Assembly: GCA_965250285.1 (NCBI GenBank)
Contig: OZ252299.1
Location: forward strand, 1,888,001 to 1,952,000
DNA from: Myxococcota bacterium
Lineage (GTDB): Bacteria > Myxococcota_A > UBA9160 > UBA4427
DNA: 64,000 bases
Direction: 5' to 3'
Below, piece by piece: positions 37,881 through 47,269 of this stretch. Within the stretch, counting starts at the first letter, position 1, and each line of letters starts with the position of its first letter. The notes beneath the pieces were generated by a model. It was not told the origin of the DNA and did not search any database. It was given only the letters and a program-made list of their open reading frames with translations. The position numbers and the translations under genes were made by a program.

Positions 37881-39092
37881 TCAGCCGATCGCGTCGGCGA
37901 TCGTGAAGATCGGAAGGTACATGGCGACGAGGATCGAACCGATCGAGCCACCCATGAACACCATCATGATGGGCTCGAGCATCGAAGTGAGCGCGCCAAC
38001 GGCAGCGTCGACCTCTTCGTCGTAGAAGTCGGCGATCTTGGTCAGCATGATCTCCATCGAACCCGTCTCTTCACCCACGGCCACCATCTGCACCATCATC
38101 CCCGGGAAGACCTTCGAGCCCTGAAGCGGCTCGGCGATGGTCTTGCCCTCTGAGATCGACTGACGCGTCGCCTGGATCTCTTCTTCGATGATCATGTTGC
38201 CGGCGGTTCGAGCGACGATGTCGAGACCATCGAGGATCGGCACACCACTCGAGATCATCGTTCCCAGCGTCCGCGTGAAGCGGGCCACCGCGACCTTCTT
38301 GATGATGTTGCCGAAGATGGGCAGCTTGAGCGCCAGCTGGTCGGTGCGATATCGGAACGGAACGCTGCGCTTCCGCGCCTGGCTGAATGCGACGTAGATC
38401 GTGACGAAGCCACCGATCAGATACTGAATGTAGGCCTGCAGCCAGTTCGAGATCCCGATCACGGTCTGGGTCGGACCAGGCAACGTGCCGCCGAAGTCGG
38501 CGAACATCTTCTCGAAGACCGGAATCACCTTCACGAGGAGGAGCACGATACAAGCGATCGCGATCACCGTAACGGTCGTCGGGTAGACCATCGCGCCCTT
38601 CAGCTGCTTGGCGAGCTTGTCGGCCTTCTCCAGCTGCACCGCCAGGCGGTTGAGGATCGTGTCGAGAATACCGCCGACCTCACCGGCAGCGACCAGGTTC
38701 ACATACAGCGAATCCCAGACGTGCGGATGCTTCGCGAGCGAATCGGCGAATGTGGCGCCCTGCTCGACGTCGTTGCGGACCTCCTTGAGGGCCTTCTTGA
38801 ACGTCGGGTTCTCCTGCTGGTCGCCGAGGATCTGGAGGCACTGAACCAGGGGCAGACCGGCGTCCACCATGACGGCGAACTGCCGCGTGAACACGACGAG
38901 GTCTCGCACCGTCACCTTCGGCTGAAGGAAGGTGAAGATCTCGCTGATGTCCTTGGGCTTCTCCTTGACCTTTCCCGGCACGATGCCCTGGGAGCGCAGC
39001 TGCCCCATCACGGCTTCGGCGGTGGCCGCCTCGAGCTCGCCCTTCTTCATCGCGCCGTCGCGCGTCTTTCCCTGCCAGAGGTAGATGGGCAT
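37881..39092 (-). CDS. pilC: Type IV pilus platform protein PilC
   Basis: FTRQFAVMVDAGLPL, AAGEVGG.L, AMVYP, VGEETG and AMYLPIF. Confidence 0.95.
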   Translation of the reverse strand: MPIYLWQGKTRDGAMKKGELEAATAEAVMGQLRSQGIVPGKVKEKPKDISEIFTFLQPKVTVRDLVVFTRQFAVMVDAGLPLVQCLQILGDQQENPTFKKALKEVRNDVEQGATFADSLAKHPHVWDSLYVNLVAAGEVGGILDTILNRLAVQLEKADKLAKQLKGAMVYPTTVTVIAIACIVLLLVKVIPVFEKMFADFGGTLPGPTQTVIGISNWLQAYIQYLIGGFVTIYVAFSQARKRSVPFRYRTDQLALKLPIFGNIIKKVAVARFTRTLGTMISSGVPILDGLDIVARTAGNMIIEEEIQATRQSISEGKTIAEPLQGSKVFPGMMVQMVAVGEETGSMEIMLTKIADFYDEEVDAAVGALTSMLEPIMMVFMGGSIGSILVAMYLPIFTIADAIG

Positions 39093-39167
39093 CGAATCAC
39101 CCTCCGCCGGACGAGCCGGCATTCGAACTCAGGAGCGCGCCGTGGCGGCGCCTCCGCGTCAATCGAA

Positions 39168-40247
39168 CTAGCGCGCTGCGCCGCCCGCCTTCATGATCAG
39201 TTGCTTCAGCTCGTCCGTGTCGGGGCTGCGGCCCTCGGCCCGGTCCATGTCGATCATGCGCCGCTGCACCAACGAGGCGAGCGACTGATTCATCGTCTGC
39301 ATGCCGAACTTCTGCTGCCCGACCTGCATCGACGAGTAGATCTGATGGATCTTGTCCTCGCGAATCAGGTTGCGGATCGCGGCATTCGGCACCATGACCT
39401 CGAGCGCCATCGCACGCCCCGGCCCATTCGCCCGCGGCAGCAGCGTCTGGCTCACGACCCCTTCGAGCACGAACGAGAGCTGCTGACGAATCTGCGACTG
39501 CTGATAGGGCGGGAACACGTCGACGATTCGGTTGATCGTCTGCACGGCCGAGTTCGTGTGCAGCGTCGCGAACGCGAGGTGGCCCGTTTCGGCGACGGTC
39601 AACGCCGCCTCGATGGTCTCGAGATCGCGGAGCTCACCGATCAGCACCACATCGGGGTCCTGGCGCAGGATGTACTTCAGAGCTTTCTTGAAGCTCTCGG
39701 TATCGGCGCCGACCTCGCGCTGGTTCACCACGCAGTTCTTGTGCGGGTGCAGGTACTCGATCGGGTCCTCGACCGTGACGATGTGTTCGTTTCGCTCGGT
39801 GTTGATCTTGTCGATCATCGTCGCCAGCGTGGTCGACTTGCCCGAGCCGGTCGGCCCGGTGACGAGAATGAGCCCGCGCGGCTTCTCCGAGAGCTCGGCC
39901 ATGACCGGCGGCAGCCCGAGATCCTCGAACGTCATGATCTTGAATGGGATGGCACGAAAGACGCCAGCGACGTTGCCGCGCTGAATGAAGACGTTGCCCC
40001 GGAAGCGGGAGAGCTTTTGCACACTGAAGGAGAGATCGAGCTCGTTCGTCTCCTCGAACTTGTGCTTCTGCGCGTCGGTCAGCACCGAGTAGCAGAGCTG
40101 CTTGGTCTCCTGCGGCGAGAGCGGCGGCATCTTGAGCGGGCACAGCTTGCCGTCGATTCGAAGCTGCGGCGGGGTCCCCGTCGTGATGTGGAGATCACTC
40201 GAGCCCTTCTCGATCATTGCCTTGAGCAGCTGGTGCATGTTGGCCAT
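39168..40247 (-). CDS. pilT: Type IV pilus retraction ATPase PilT
   Basis: SDLHI, GPTGSGKSTT, LRQDPD, AETGHL..TLH and AIRNLIRE. Confidence 0.96.
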   Translation of the reverse strand: MANMHQLLKAMIEKGSSDLHITTGTPPQLRIDGKLCPLKMPPLSPQETKQLCYSVLTDAQKHKFEETNELDLSFSVQKLSRFRGNVFIQRGNVAGVFRAIPFKIMTFEDLGLPPVMAELSEKPRGLILVTGPTGSGKSTTLATMIDKINTERNEHIVTVEDPIEYLHPHKNCVVNQREVGADTESFKKALKYILRQDPDVVLIGELRDLETIEAALTVAETGHLAFATLHTNSAVQTINRIVDVFPPYQQSQIRQQLSFVLEGVVSQTLLPRANGPGRAMALEVMVPNAAIRNLIREDKIHQIYSSMQVGQQKFGMQTMNQSLASLVQRRMIDMDRAEGRSPDTDELKQLIMKAGGAAR

Positions 40248-40285
40248 GGTGAATCGATTCCTTCGCGGTCCGGCGCCTGCCCGAC

Positions 40286-41983
40286 CTAGTCGATCGTCGA
40301 AACGCGGAAGACTTCGCTGAGCGTCGTGACGCCTTCCATCATCTTCTTCAACGCCGATCGGCGGAGGGACTGCATCCCACCACGGACGGCCTCGCGCTTG
40401 ATCTCGGCGGCCGAAGCACCGTTCAGAACGAACTCCTTGAGCTCGTCGGTCATGACCATGACCTCGTAGATGGCGACTCGGCCCTTGAAGCCGGTCTCCG
40501 AACAGTTGCTGCAGCCCGCGCCCTTCTTCGGCTGGAACGACGTCGACTCCTCCTCGGAGAGGCCGGCCGCGACCAGGTCGTCCTTGAGGACCTCGGGGTC
40601 GTCGGTCACACACTCGGGACAGATCCGGCGAGCCAGACGCTGGGCCACGATGCAGTTGACGGCGGACGAAACGAGGAAGGGCTCGATGCCCATGTTGAGC
40701 AGGCGGTTGATCGTGGACGGCGCGTCGTTCGTATGCAGCGTCGAGAGCACCATGTGGCCGGTGAGCGCGGCCTTGACCGCGATCTCGGCCGTCTCGAAGT
40801 CACGAATCTCACCGACCATGATGATGTCGGGGTCCTGACGCAGGAACGATCTGAGCGCTGCAGCGAAGTTCAGGCCGATGTCTTCGTGCATCTGTACCTG
40901 GTTGATGCCGCCGAGATTGAACTCGACGGGATCTTCGGCCGTCGACAGGTTCTCGCCGGGGGTGTTGAGCTCGGCGAGCGCCGAGTAGAGCGTGGTCGTC
41001 TTACCCGAACCGGTCGGGCCGGTCACCAGCACCATGCCGAACGGCAGATGAATGGCCCCCTGAAAGTCGGTGAGCTGGTGCTCCTCGAAACCGAGCTTGG
41101 TCATGTCGAGCTGAAGATTGCTCTTGTCGAGGAGACGCAGGACCACCTTCTCGCCGAAGAGCGTCGGCAGCACCGAGACACGAAAGTCCATTTCGCGGCC
41201 CTTACCGAGCTTCAGCTTGATGCGGCCATCCTGCGGCAGACGCCGCTCGGCGATGTCGAGCGCAGACATGATCTTGAGTCGAGAAGTGATCGCGTTCTTG
41301 AGCTTGAGCGGCGGCTTCATCACCTCGTAGAGGACGCCGTCGATGCGATATCGCACCCGAAACGACTTCTCGTACGGCTCGATGTGAATATCCGACGTGT
41401 TTCGCTTGATCGCGTCGGTCAGGATCAGGTTGACGAGCTTGACGACCGGCGCATCCTCGGCCTCCTTGCCCGCCTCGGCCGCGTTGAATTCGTCTTCGGC
41501 CTCGACGACGTCGATCCCGTCATCGTCGAAGCCGGCCATGACGTCCTCGAGCACGTCGGCCTGCTCATAGTGCGCTTCGATCGTGGCGCGGATCGTCTCC
41601 TCGGAGGCAACGACCGGCTGGATGTTGTACCCGGTGAGGAACTTGATGTCGTCGAGCGCGAAGATGTTCGACGGATCGGGGGTCGCCAGGATCAGCGTCG
41701 AGCCCGCGCGGTTCACGGGCACCACGGTGTGCTTGAGCGCGACTTCTTCGGGAATGAGCTCGATGACTTCGGGGTCGATCTCGAAGTCCGAGAGGCTGAT
41801 CGAAGGCACGCCGTACTGCTTGGCGACGAAGTCGGTGAGCTCTCCCTCTTCGAGGAAGCCGAGCTTCGTGATCTGCGCGCCGAGACGTTCGCCCTTCGAC
41901 GCGGCCTCTGCGCGCGCCTTCTGAAGCTGCTCGGTCGAGAGCAGATTTTCTTTGACCAGGAGCTCGCCAATGCGCTCGTTCAC
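40286..41983 (-). CDS. pilB: Type IV pilus extension ATPase PilB
   Basis: MshEN-like N-terminus (RIGELLV...RLG), SDIHIEP, GPTGSGKTT, LRQDPD and a CPEC/CSNC zinc site. Confidence 0.96.
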   Translation of the reverse strand: MNERIGELLVKENLLSTEQLQKARAEAASKGERLGAQITKLGFLEEGELTDFVAKQYGVPSISLSDFEIDPEVIELIPEEVALKHTVVPVNRAGSTLILATPDPSNIFALDDIKFLTGYNIQPVVASEETIRATIEAHYEQADVLEDVMAGFDDDGIDVVEAEDEFNAAEAGKEAEDAPVVKLVNLILTDAIKRNTSDIHIEPYEKSFRVRYRIDGVLYEVMKPPLKLKNAITSRLKIMSALDIAERRLPQDGRIKLKLGKGREMDFRVSVLPTLFGEKVVLRLLDKSNLQLDMTKLGFEEHQLTDFQGAIHLPFGMVLVTGPTGSGKTTTLYSALAELNTPGENLSTAEDPVEFNLGGINQVQMHEDIGLNFAAALRSFLRQDPDIIMVGEIRDFETAEIAVKAALTGHMVLSTLHTNDAPSTINRLLNMGIEPFLVSSAVNCIVAQRLARRICPECVTDDPEVLKDDLVAAGLSEEESTSFQPKKGAGCSNCSETGFKGRVAIYEVMVMTDELKEFVLNGASAAEIKREAVRGGMQSLRRSALKKMMEGVTTLSEVFRVSTID

Positions 41984-42099
41984 GAGCCACCCCCTCCGCA
42001 GCCGGTGCGTGCGCTCCTTCGAGAAACGCGCGCGCGCCGAACGACAGCTGACTTCGAAGCCCCAGTTGCTTCACGCAAAAGGGCCGCAATCTCGCTGGG

Positions 42100-42127
42100 T
42101 TATCGGAAGGTGATCGGAGCGACTTTA
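42100..42127 (-). promoter_or_regulatory. Sigma28/FliA-like promoter upstream of pilB
   Basis: TAAAG-N15-TCCGATAA on the minus strand; the -35 overlaps the upstream gene's TAA stop. Confidence 0.6.
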
Positions 42128-43210
42128 CCCGGAGCGCCGCATCATTTCGGCAATCGTGATGCGGCTGGCACGCAGCACGATCACGCCGAGCAGGGTGAGG
42201 CTCAGCCAGAACGCCGCCCAGACGAGCACGCCCATCGCCAGGGCCGCGGCCGGATCGACGCCGAACCGGATCAGAACCGCCTGAAACGCCAGCTGATACG
42301 GGCCGATGAAGCCGGGGGCCGACGGCAACGCGACGGCGACGCCGACGGCGGCGAGGAGGACCCACGATGTCACGATCATCTCCCAGGGGGAGTCGAAGGA
42401 CACCACGTCGGGGCCGAAGGCCCAGAAGCCGATCAGCATCGGTCCGGTCGATGCCACCAGCCAGATCAACGCCGTGTGCAAAGCGATCCAGAAGAGGTGC
42501 CCACCGCGGCCGAGCGCCCCGAGCCCATCGCTGAAGCCGCGAAGCACGCGTTCGGCCAGCTCGCGGGCGCGCGTCGGCGCCGGGCGCAGACACCAGAGCG
42601 CCGCCGCGATCAGGGGCTCGGGGGCCAGGCGCAGGGCGAACAAGACCGCGAGCGGTGCGAGGGCAACCGGCAGGAGCAGGATCGAACCCTCCTGCAGAAT
42701 TCCCGCCGCATCGGAGTGCGCGCCCACCCACGACAGCGAGATCACGGCGAGCAGCAGCACCGACACGACGTCGAGTACGCGCTCGATCACGACCGTGCCG
42801 AGGATCGCGCTCCGCGAGACCCCGGCCTCATTGGCGAGCGTGACCGAGCGGATCAGCTCGCCCATCCGCAGCGGCAGTAGATTGTTCGCGAGAAAGCCGA
42901 TCGAGGCCGCTCGAAACAGGACGCTCGTCTCGATCGACGCGACCGGGTCGGTCAGATGGCGCCATCGCAGCGCCCGCAGATACACGCTCACCACGTAGAA
43001 CGGTGCGCTGGCGACCAGCAGCGCGAAGAAGTTCGCCCGCTGCATCGCTTCGAAGACCTTGGCCAGCGGGATGCCGCGCACGGCGATCCACACCGACACC
43101 AGGGTGATCCCCAGCCCGAGCCAGAACCGCCAGTCGCGCACCCAATCCGACAGGCTCGGCGGGCTCTCGAGAGCGTCGTCGTCACGGCCGGGCGGTTCGG
43201 CCGCGGTCAT
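42125..43210 (-). CDS. Lysylphosphatidylglycerol synthase TM / UPF0104 flippase-like membrane protein
   Basis: LRALRW, GFLANNLLPLRMGELIR, TVVIERVLD and PSAPGFIG. Confidence 0.88.
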   Translation of the reverse strand: MTAAEPPGRDDDALESPPSLSDWVRDWRFWLGLGITLVSVWIAVRGIPLAKVFEAMQRANFFALLVASAPFYVVSVYLRALRWRHLTDPVASIETSVLFRAASIGFLANNLLPLRMGELIRSVTLANEAGVSRSAILGTVVIERVLDVVSVLLLAVISLSWVGAHSDAAGILQEGSILLLPVALAPLAVLFALRLAPEPLIAAALWCLRPAPTRARELAERVLRGFSDGLGALGRGGHLFWIALHTALIWLVASTGPMLIGFWAFGPDVVSFDSPWEMIVTSWVLLAAVGVAVALPSAPGFIGPYQLAFQAVLIRFGVDPAAALAMGVLVWAAFWLSLTLLGVIVLRASRITIAEMMRRSG

Positions 43211-44151
43211 GCGCGTGTCAACCACGCGCGCGCGTCGTCGACGTCACGACGGATCCGTTCGCGGAGCGCGTCGATCGAATCGAACTTCTGCTCGCCGCGC
43301 AGCTTGTGCTCGAAGGAGAGCTCGACGATCCCGCCGTAGAGGTCGCCTGAGAAGTCGATCACATGGGCTTCGGCCACCAGATCGCGGCCGTCATCGAACG
43401 TCGGCCGGAAGCCGACGTTGGTCACTGCGCCGAAGGTCTGGCCGGCGATCGGCCCCTCGATGCCACGGACATGGCCGGCGTACACGCCCGCGCCAGGCAG
43501 AATCTCGTTGTCGGGCGCCAGGTTCGCGGTGGGAAACCCCATCTCGCGGCCCCGCTTCATGCCTTCGACCACCGGCCCCCGCACGCAGTACGCCCGACCG
43601 AGCAAATCCGCCGCCTCCTCCACCGATCCATCGGCAATCAGGCCGCGAATCCGCGTCGAATTGACGTCCCGGTCACCGACGGTCACTTCGGGGATGATCG
43701 TGACCGAGAAGCCGCGATGCGGGCCCTGCTCGGTCAACAGCCTCATTGAGCCTTCCCGGTCTCGACCGAAGTGGAAGTCGTAGCCGACGTAGACCTCGAG
43801 CGGACCAATGCCCTTGTCGATCTGCTCGTCGATGAACTGATCGGGGGGCGTCCGCGCGAACTCGCGATCGAAGGGCTGGAGCACGACCCAGTCGAGGCCG
43901 ATCGACTCGAGAATCTCGAGCTTCTGCTCGGTCGTTGCCAGCAGCTTCGGGCCGGCGTCGCCCTGGAGCACCTTCCGGGGGTGCGGATCGAACGTGTAGA
44001 GGATCGCCTCGCCCTCGAGCTGGCGAGCCCGGTCGATGACGGTGTCGAGGATCTTGCGGTGGCCGACGTGCAGGCCGTCGAAGTTGCCGATCGTCAGAAC
44101 GGGACGCACCGGTCGCCGCGAGAACTCCGCTACGCCTCGAACGACCTCCAC
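43207..44151 (-). CDS. ribF: Bifunctional riboflavin kinase/FAD synthetase
   Basis: TIGNFDGLHVGH, TFDPHP, VGYDFHFG, STRIR, GFPTAN, GVY and EAH. Confidence 0.95.
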   Translation of the reverse strand: MEVVRGVAEFSRRPVRPVLTIGNFDGLHVGHRKILDTVIDRARQLEGEAILYTFDPHPRKVLQGDAGPKLLATTEQKLEILESIGLDWVVLQPFDREFARTPPDQFIDEQIDKGIGPLEVYVGYDFHFGRDREGSMRLLTEQGPHRGFSVTIIPEVTVGDRDVNSTRIRGLIADGSVEEAADLLGRAYCVRGPVVEGMKRGREMGFPTANLAPDNEILPGAGVYAGHVRGIEGPIAGQTFGAVTNVGFRPTFDDGRDLVAEAHVIDFSGDLYGGIVELSFEHKLRGEQKFDSIDALRERIRRDVDDARAWLTRA

Positions 44152-44191
44152 CGATCGGTCTCCCTTCGCGCCGTCGCTGCCGGGGCCGCGC

Positions 44192-45079
44192 TCAGCGCGC
44201 CCCGCCCTCGGGTGCGCTCGACCGAAAATACTCGAAGAACTCGTGCTCTGGAGACAGCACGAGCGTCGTGCTCTCATCGATCGTCGCGCGGTACGCGCGC
44301 AGGCTGCGCACGAACGCGAAGAACTCGGGATCGGCCGAGTACGCCTCGGCGTAGATCGAAGCGGCTTCGGCGTCGCCGGCGCCGCGGGTGATCTCAGATT
44401 CGGACCGCGCCTGGGCCAGCAGGGTCCTCGCCTCGCGCTCGGCCTTCGCGCGAATCTCACGCGCCTCGCGCTCGCCCTTTGCGCGGTGTTCGCGGGCGAT
44501 GGCGAGGCGCTGCTCGCGCATCTGATTGAAGGTCGACTCTTCGTTCTGCTTGGGAATATCGGTGCGGCTGATGCGCAAATCGACCACGGTCACGCCGGTC
44601 TCGGCGAGCGTCTCGGTCGCTTCGACGGCAATGTCTCCCAGAACGTCCGCGCGCGCGAGGATCTCGTCGAGCGGCAGCCCCGAGATCTTGTCACTGACCC
44701 GCGACTGCAGGCGAGCCCGGATCACTCGCGTCGACGCATCGACGCTCGGGTAGCGACGCGCGAACGCCAGCGCGTCGCTGATGTGCCACACCGCAAAGTA
44801 GTCGACGAGCAGCGTCTCGTTGCCGACGATCATCTCGGACGGCTCGACGCCCAGATATCGAAGCCGCATGTCCTGGGTTCGAACCGACTCGATCACGGGC
44901 AGACGCAGCGACCAACCGGGCTCGGTGATGACGCGGTTGGGCGCGCCGAGCCGCAGCACGATGTTGTTCTCCCACTGCTGCGTCACGATCACCGGCCCCC
45001 AGCCATAGCTGCCAGCCCAGAGGCTCGTGATGCCGACGATGAGCACGAGCCAGATCGTGAAGATCAGAGTCCGAATCAC
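44192..45079 (-). CDS. hflC: HflC-like SPFH protease modulator
   Basis: N-terminal TM, L.VD....W.I.D, M...R..IA...RA.G, RG.GDA.A..IYAEAY..DPEFF.F.RSL.AY. Confidence 0.88.
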   Translation of the reverse strand: MIRTLIFTIWLVLIVGITSLWAGSYGWGPVIVTQQWENNIVLRLGAPNRVITEPGWSLRLPVIESVRTQDMRLRYLGVEPSEMIVGNETLLVDYFAVWHISDALAFARRYPSVDASTRVIRARLQSRVSDKISGLPLDEILARADVLGDIAVEATETLAETGVTVVDLRISRTDIPKQNEESTFNQMREQRLAIAREHRAKGEREAREIRAKAEREARTLLAQARSESEITRGAGDAEAASIYAEAYSADPEFFAFVRSLRAYRATIDESTTLVLSPEHEFFEYFRSSAPEGGAR

Positions 45080-46281
45080 GGGTTCGATCCTCCGGTCGTG
45101 GTCGAAGCGGTCGTCGAGGTCGTCGAGGTCGTCGAGGTCGAGGCGCCGGTCGCAGGCGCTGGCGTCGTCGGAGCGGTTCGAGAGGCTCCTCCGGGCGGGG
45201 GCGCAGAGACGGCGGGTGCCAGCGCGCCCGCGCGCTCGGAGAAGATCGGGATCACGCTCGAGGCCGCCGGATCGACGAGCATCTTCTCGGCGCGGGCCAG
45301 CACCTCTTCGAGCGTCTCGATGTACAGGCGCGTCCGCGTGACGTCGGGGGCGCGGCGATACTCGGCCACCAGCGCGGTGAATCGCTGCGACTCACCGCGG
45401 GATTCGAGCACGCGGGCCTGCTTGTACGCCTGCGAGCCCTCCTCGAGCTCGGCCGCCTCGGCGCGAGCGCGCTCGATGATCTCGCGAGAATCACCCCGCG
45501 CGCGCGAGATCGCACGATCTTCGTCCTGCTGGGCCGCCTTGACGTCTTCGAACGCCCCACGCACCTGCGCGGGCGGGTGGACCGTCTGGAGCGAGATCTT
45601 GTCGATGTCGAAGGGCGAGCGTTCATCGAACGTCGGATCGGCCGGCTCGCTCGGCAGACCGTCCGGCTCCTGGATGATCAGGGCGGAGTACTGCGACATG
45701 ATGCCTTGCAGGATCGAGCGCGCCTCGCGCTCGATCTTCTGCTTCTCGAAGATCAGCACGTTGTCGACCGTCTTGCCGCCGATCACCTGCCGCACCGAAG
45801 CCTGGGTGGCGTCGTGCAGGATCAGATCGGGCTCGATCATGCCGAACTCGAACGAGTACGGGTTGTTGATCGAGTACTGCAGCTCGTAGGAGACGCTGAC
45901 GATGTTGTTGTCGGCGGTCTGCACGAAGCGCGAGAAGGTGCCCTCCTCGCCGCCGCGGTTCTCACGCTGACCGTCGTCACTCATCGCCGGCCGATTGCCG
46001 TCTTCCATGCCGAACGAGATCGATCGAATCTCGACCACGTTGACCGGTACGGCGATTTCGAGCGGCGGCGGCAGATGCCAGCCGAGCCCCTCCTGGCGAA
46101 CCACGCGGTCGAACTCGCCGACCTTCATGATCACGGCCGCCTCACCGAGTTCGAGGCGATAGAAGCCCGTGCTCGCCCAGCCGCCGAGCAGGCCGAGCGT
46201 GACGAGGATCAGCAGTCCGTTGGTGACCGCGCGCGCCGCGCCGCTTCGGATGCGGCGCGCGGTCTCGTCGCCTTCGGCCAC
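45076..46281 (-). CDS. hflK: HflK-like SPFH protease modulator
   Basis: GL.WH.P.P.E, T.D.NIV, PP.QV..AF.DV..A.QD, A.G...RF and Y..AP.VTR.RLYIET.E.VL. Confidence 0.88.
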   Translation of the reverse strand: MAEGDETARRIRSGAARAVTNGLLILVTLGLLGGWASTGFYRLELGEAAVIMKVGEFDRVVRQEGLGWHLPPPLEIAVPVNVVEIRSISFGMEDGNRPAMSDDGQRENRGGEEGTFSRFVQTADNNIVSVSYELQYSINNPYSFEFGMIEPDLILHDATQASVRQVIGGKTVDNVLIFEKQKIEREARSILQGIMSQYSALIIQEPDGLPSEPADPTFDERSPFDIDKISLQTVHPPAQVRGAFEDVKAAQQDEDRAISRARGDSREIIERARAEAAELEEGSQAYKQARVLESRGESQRFTALVAEYRRAPDVTRTRLYIETLEEVLARAEKMLVDPAASSVIPIFSERAGALAPAVSAPPPGGASRTAPTTPAPATGASTSTTSTTSTTASTTTGGSNP

Positions 46282-47088
46282 CTAGACCTCCAGCTCGGGC
46301 TGCTCCGGCGTCGACGCGGGCGCGTCGCCGGCGTTCTCGGCCAGGTGCTGCACGAAGGGCTTCAGCAGATCGATGGGGAACGGAAAGATCGTCGTCGAGC
46401 TGTTCGTGCCCGCGATCTCGGCGAGCGTCTGCAGGTAGCGAAGCTGGATCCCGGCGGTTTCGCTCGAGAGCGTGGCCGCCGCATCGGCGATGCGCTGGGC
46501 GGCGAGCACCTCACCATCGGCGAGCGTCACCTTCGCGCGCTTCTCACGTTCGGCCTCGGCCTGCTTGGCCATCACGCGCTGCATCTCCTGCGGAAGATCG
46601 ATCTGCTTCACCTCGACCGCACGCACCTTGACGCCCCAGGGCTCGGTCTGCTGGTCGATGATCTCCTGCAGCTGCTGATTGATGCTGTCTCGTTCGGCGA
46701 GCAGCGTATCGAGCTCGGCCTGGCCGCAGACGCTGCGCAGCGTCGTCTGGGCGAGCTGCGACGTACCGAAGAGGTAGTTCTCGACCTGGATCACGGCCTT
46801 GTCGGGGTGCAGCACGCGGAAGTACAGCACCGCATTCACCTTGACCGAGACGTTGTCGCGCGTGATCACCTCTTGCGAGGGCACATCCATCACGATCTCG
46901 CGCAGACCGATGCGCACCATGCGGTCGACGCCCGGAATGATCCACTTGAGACCGGCGCTCTTGGTGCCGGTGTAGCGGCCGAGACGAAACACCACGCCCC
47001 GCTCGTACTCGGGCAGCACCCGGACGCCGGCGATGAAGATCACCGCAGCGAGGCCGATCAGAATGATGGGAAACAAAGACATGCTCAC
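46282..47088 (-). CDS. SPFH/band 7 stomatin-like (slipin) protein
   Basis: EYERGVVFRLGR, QEVITRDNVSVKVNAV, AQTTLRSV.G, QAEAERE.RAK and QLRYLQTL. Start at 47088 (GTG) or 47082 (ATG). Confidence 0.92.
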   Translation of the reverse strand: MSMSLFPIILIGLAAVIFIAGVRVLPEYERGVVFRLGRYTGTKSAGLKWIIPGVDRMVRIGLREIVMDVPSQEVITRDNVSVKVNAVLYFRVLHPDKAVIQVENYLFGTSQLAQTTLRSVCGQAELDTLLAERDSINQQLQEIIDQQTEPWGVKVRAVEVKQIDLPQEMQRVMAKQAEAEREKRAKVTLADGEVLAAQRIADAAATLSSETAGIQLRYLQTLAEIAGTNSSTTIFPFPIDLLKPFVQHLAENAGDAPASTPEQPELEV

Positions 47089-47269
47089 TCCCGACGGTCG
47101 ACGCCGGGGGTGAGGTCGTGGTGACCATCCGGGTCACCCGCCCCCCCAGCGGATTTCGACGCGCTTGAATCGTATCGAAAAGGTCGCCACACGGCCGCGC
47201 CATGAACGGCTGCGCACAGGCGGGTCGATTCGCCCCCCGCGCCCGCTCGACGGTGCGCCGACCCGGTCT

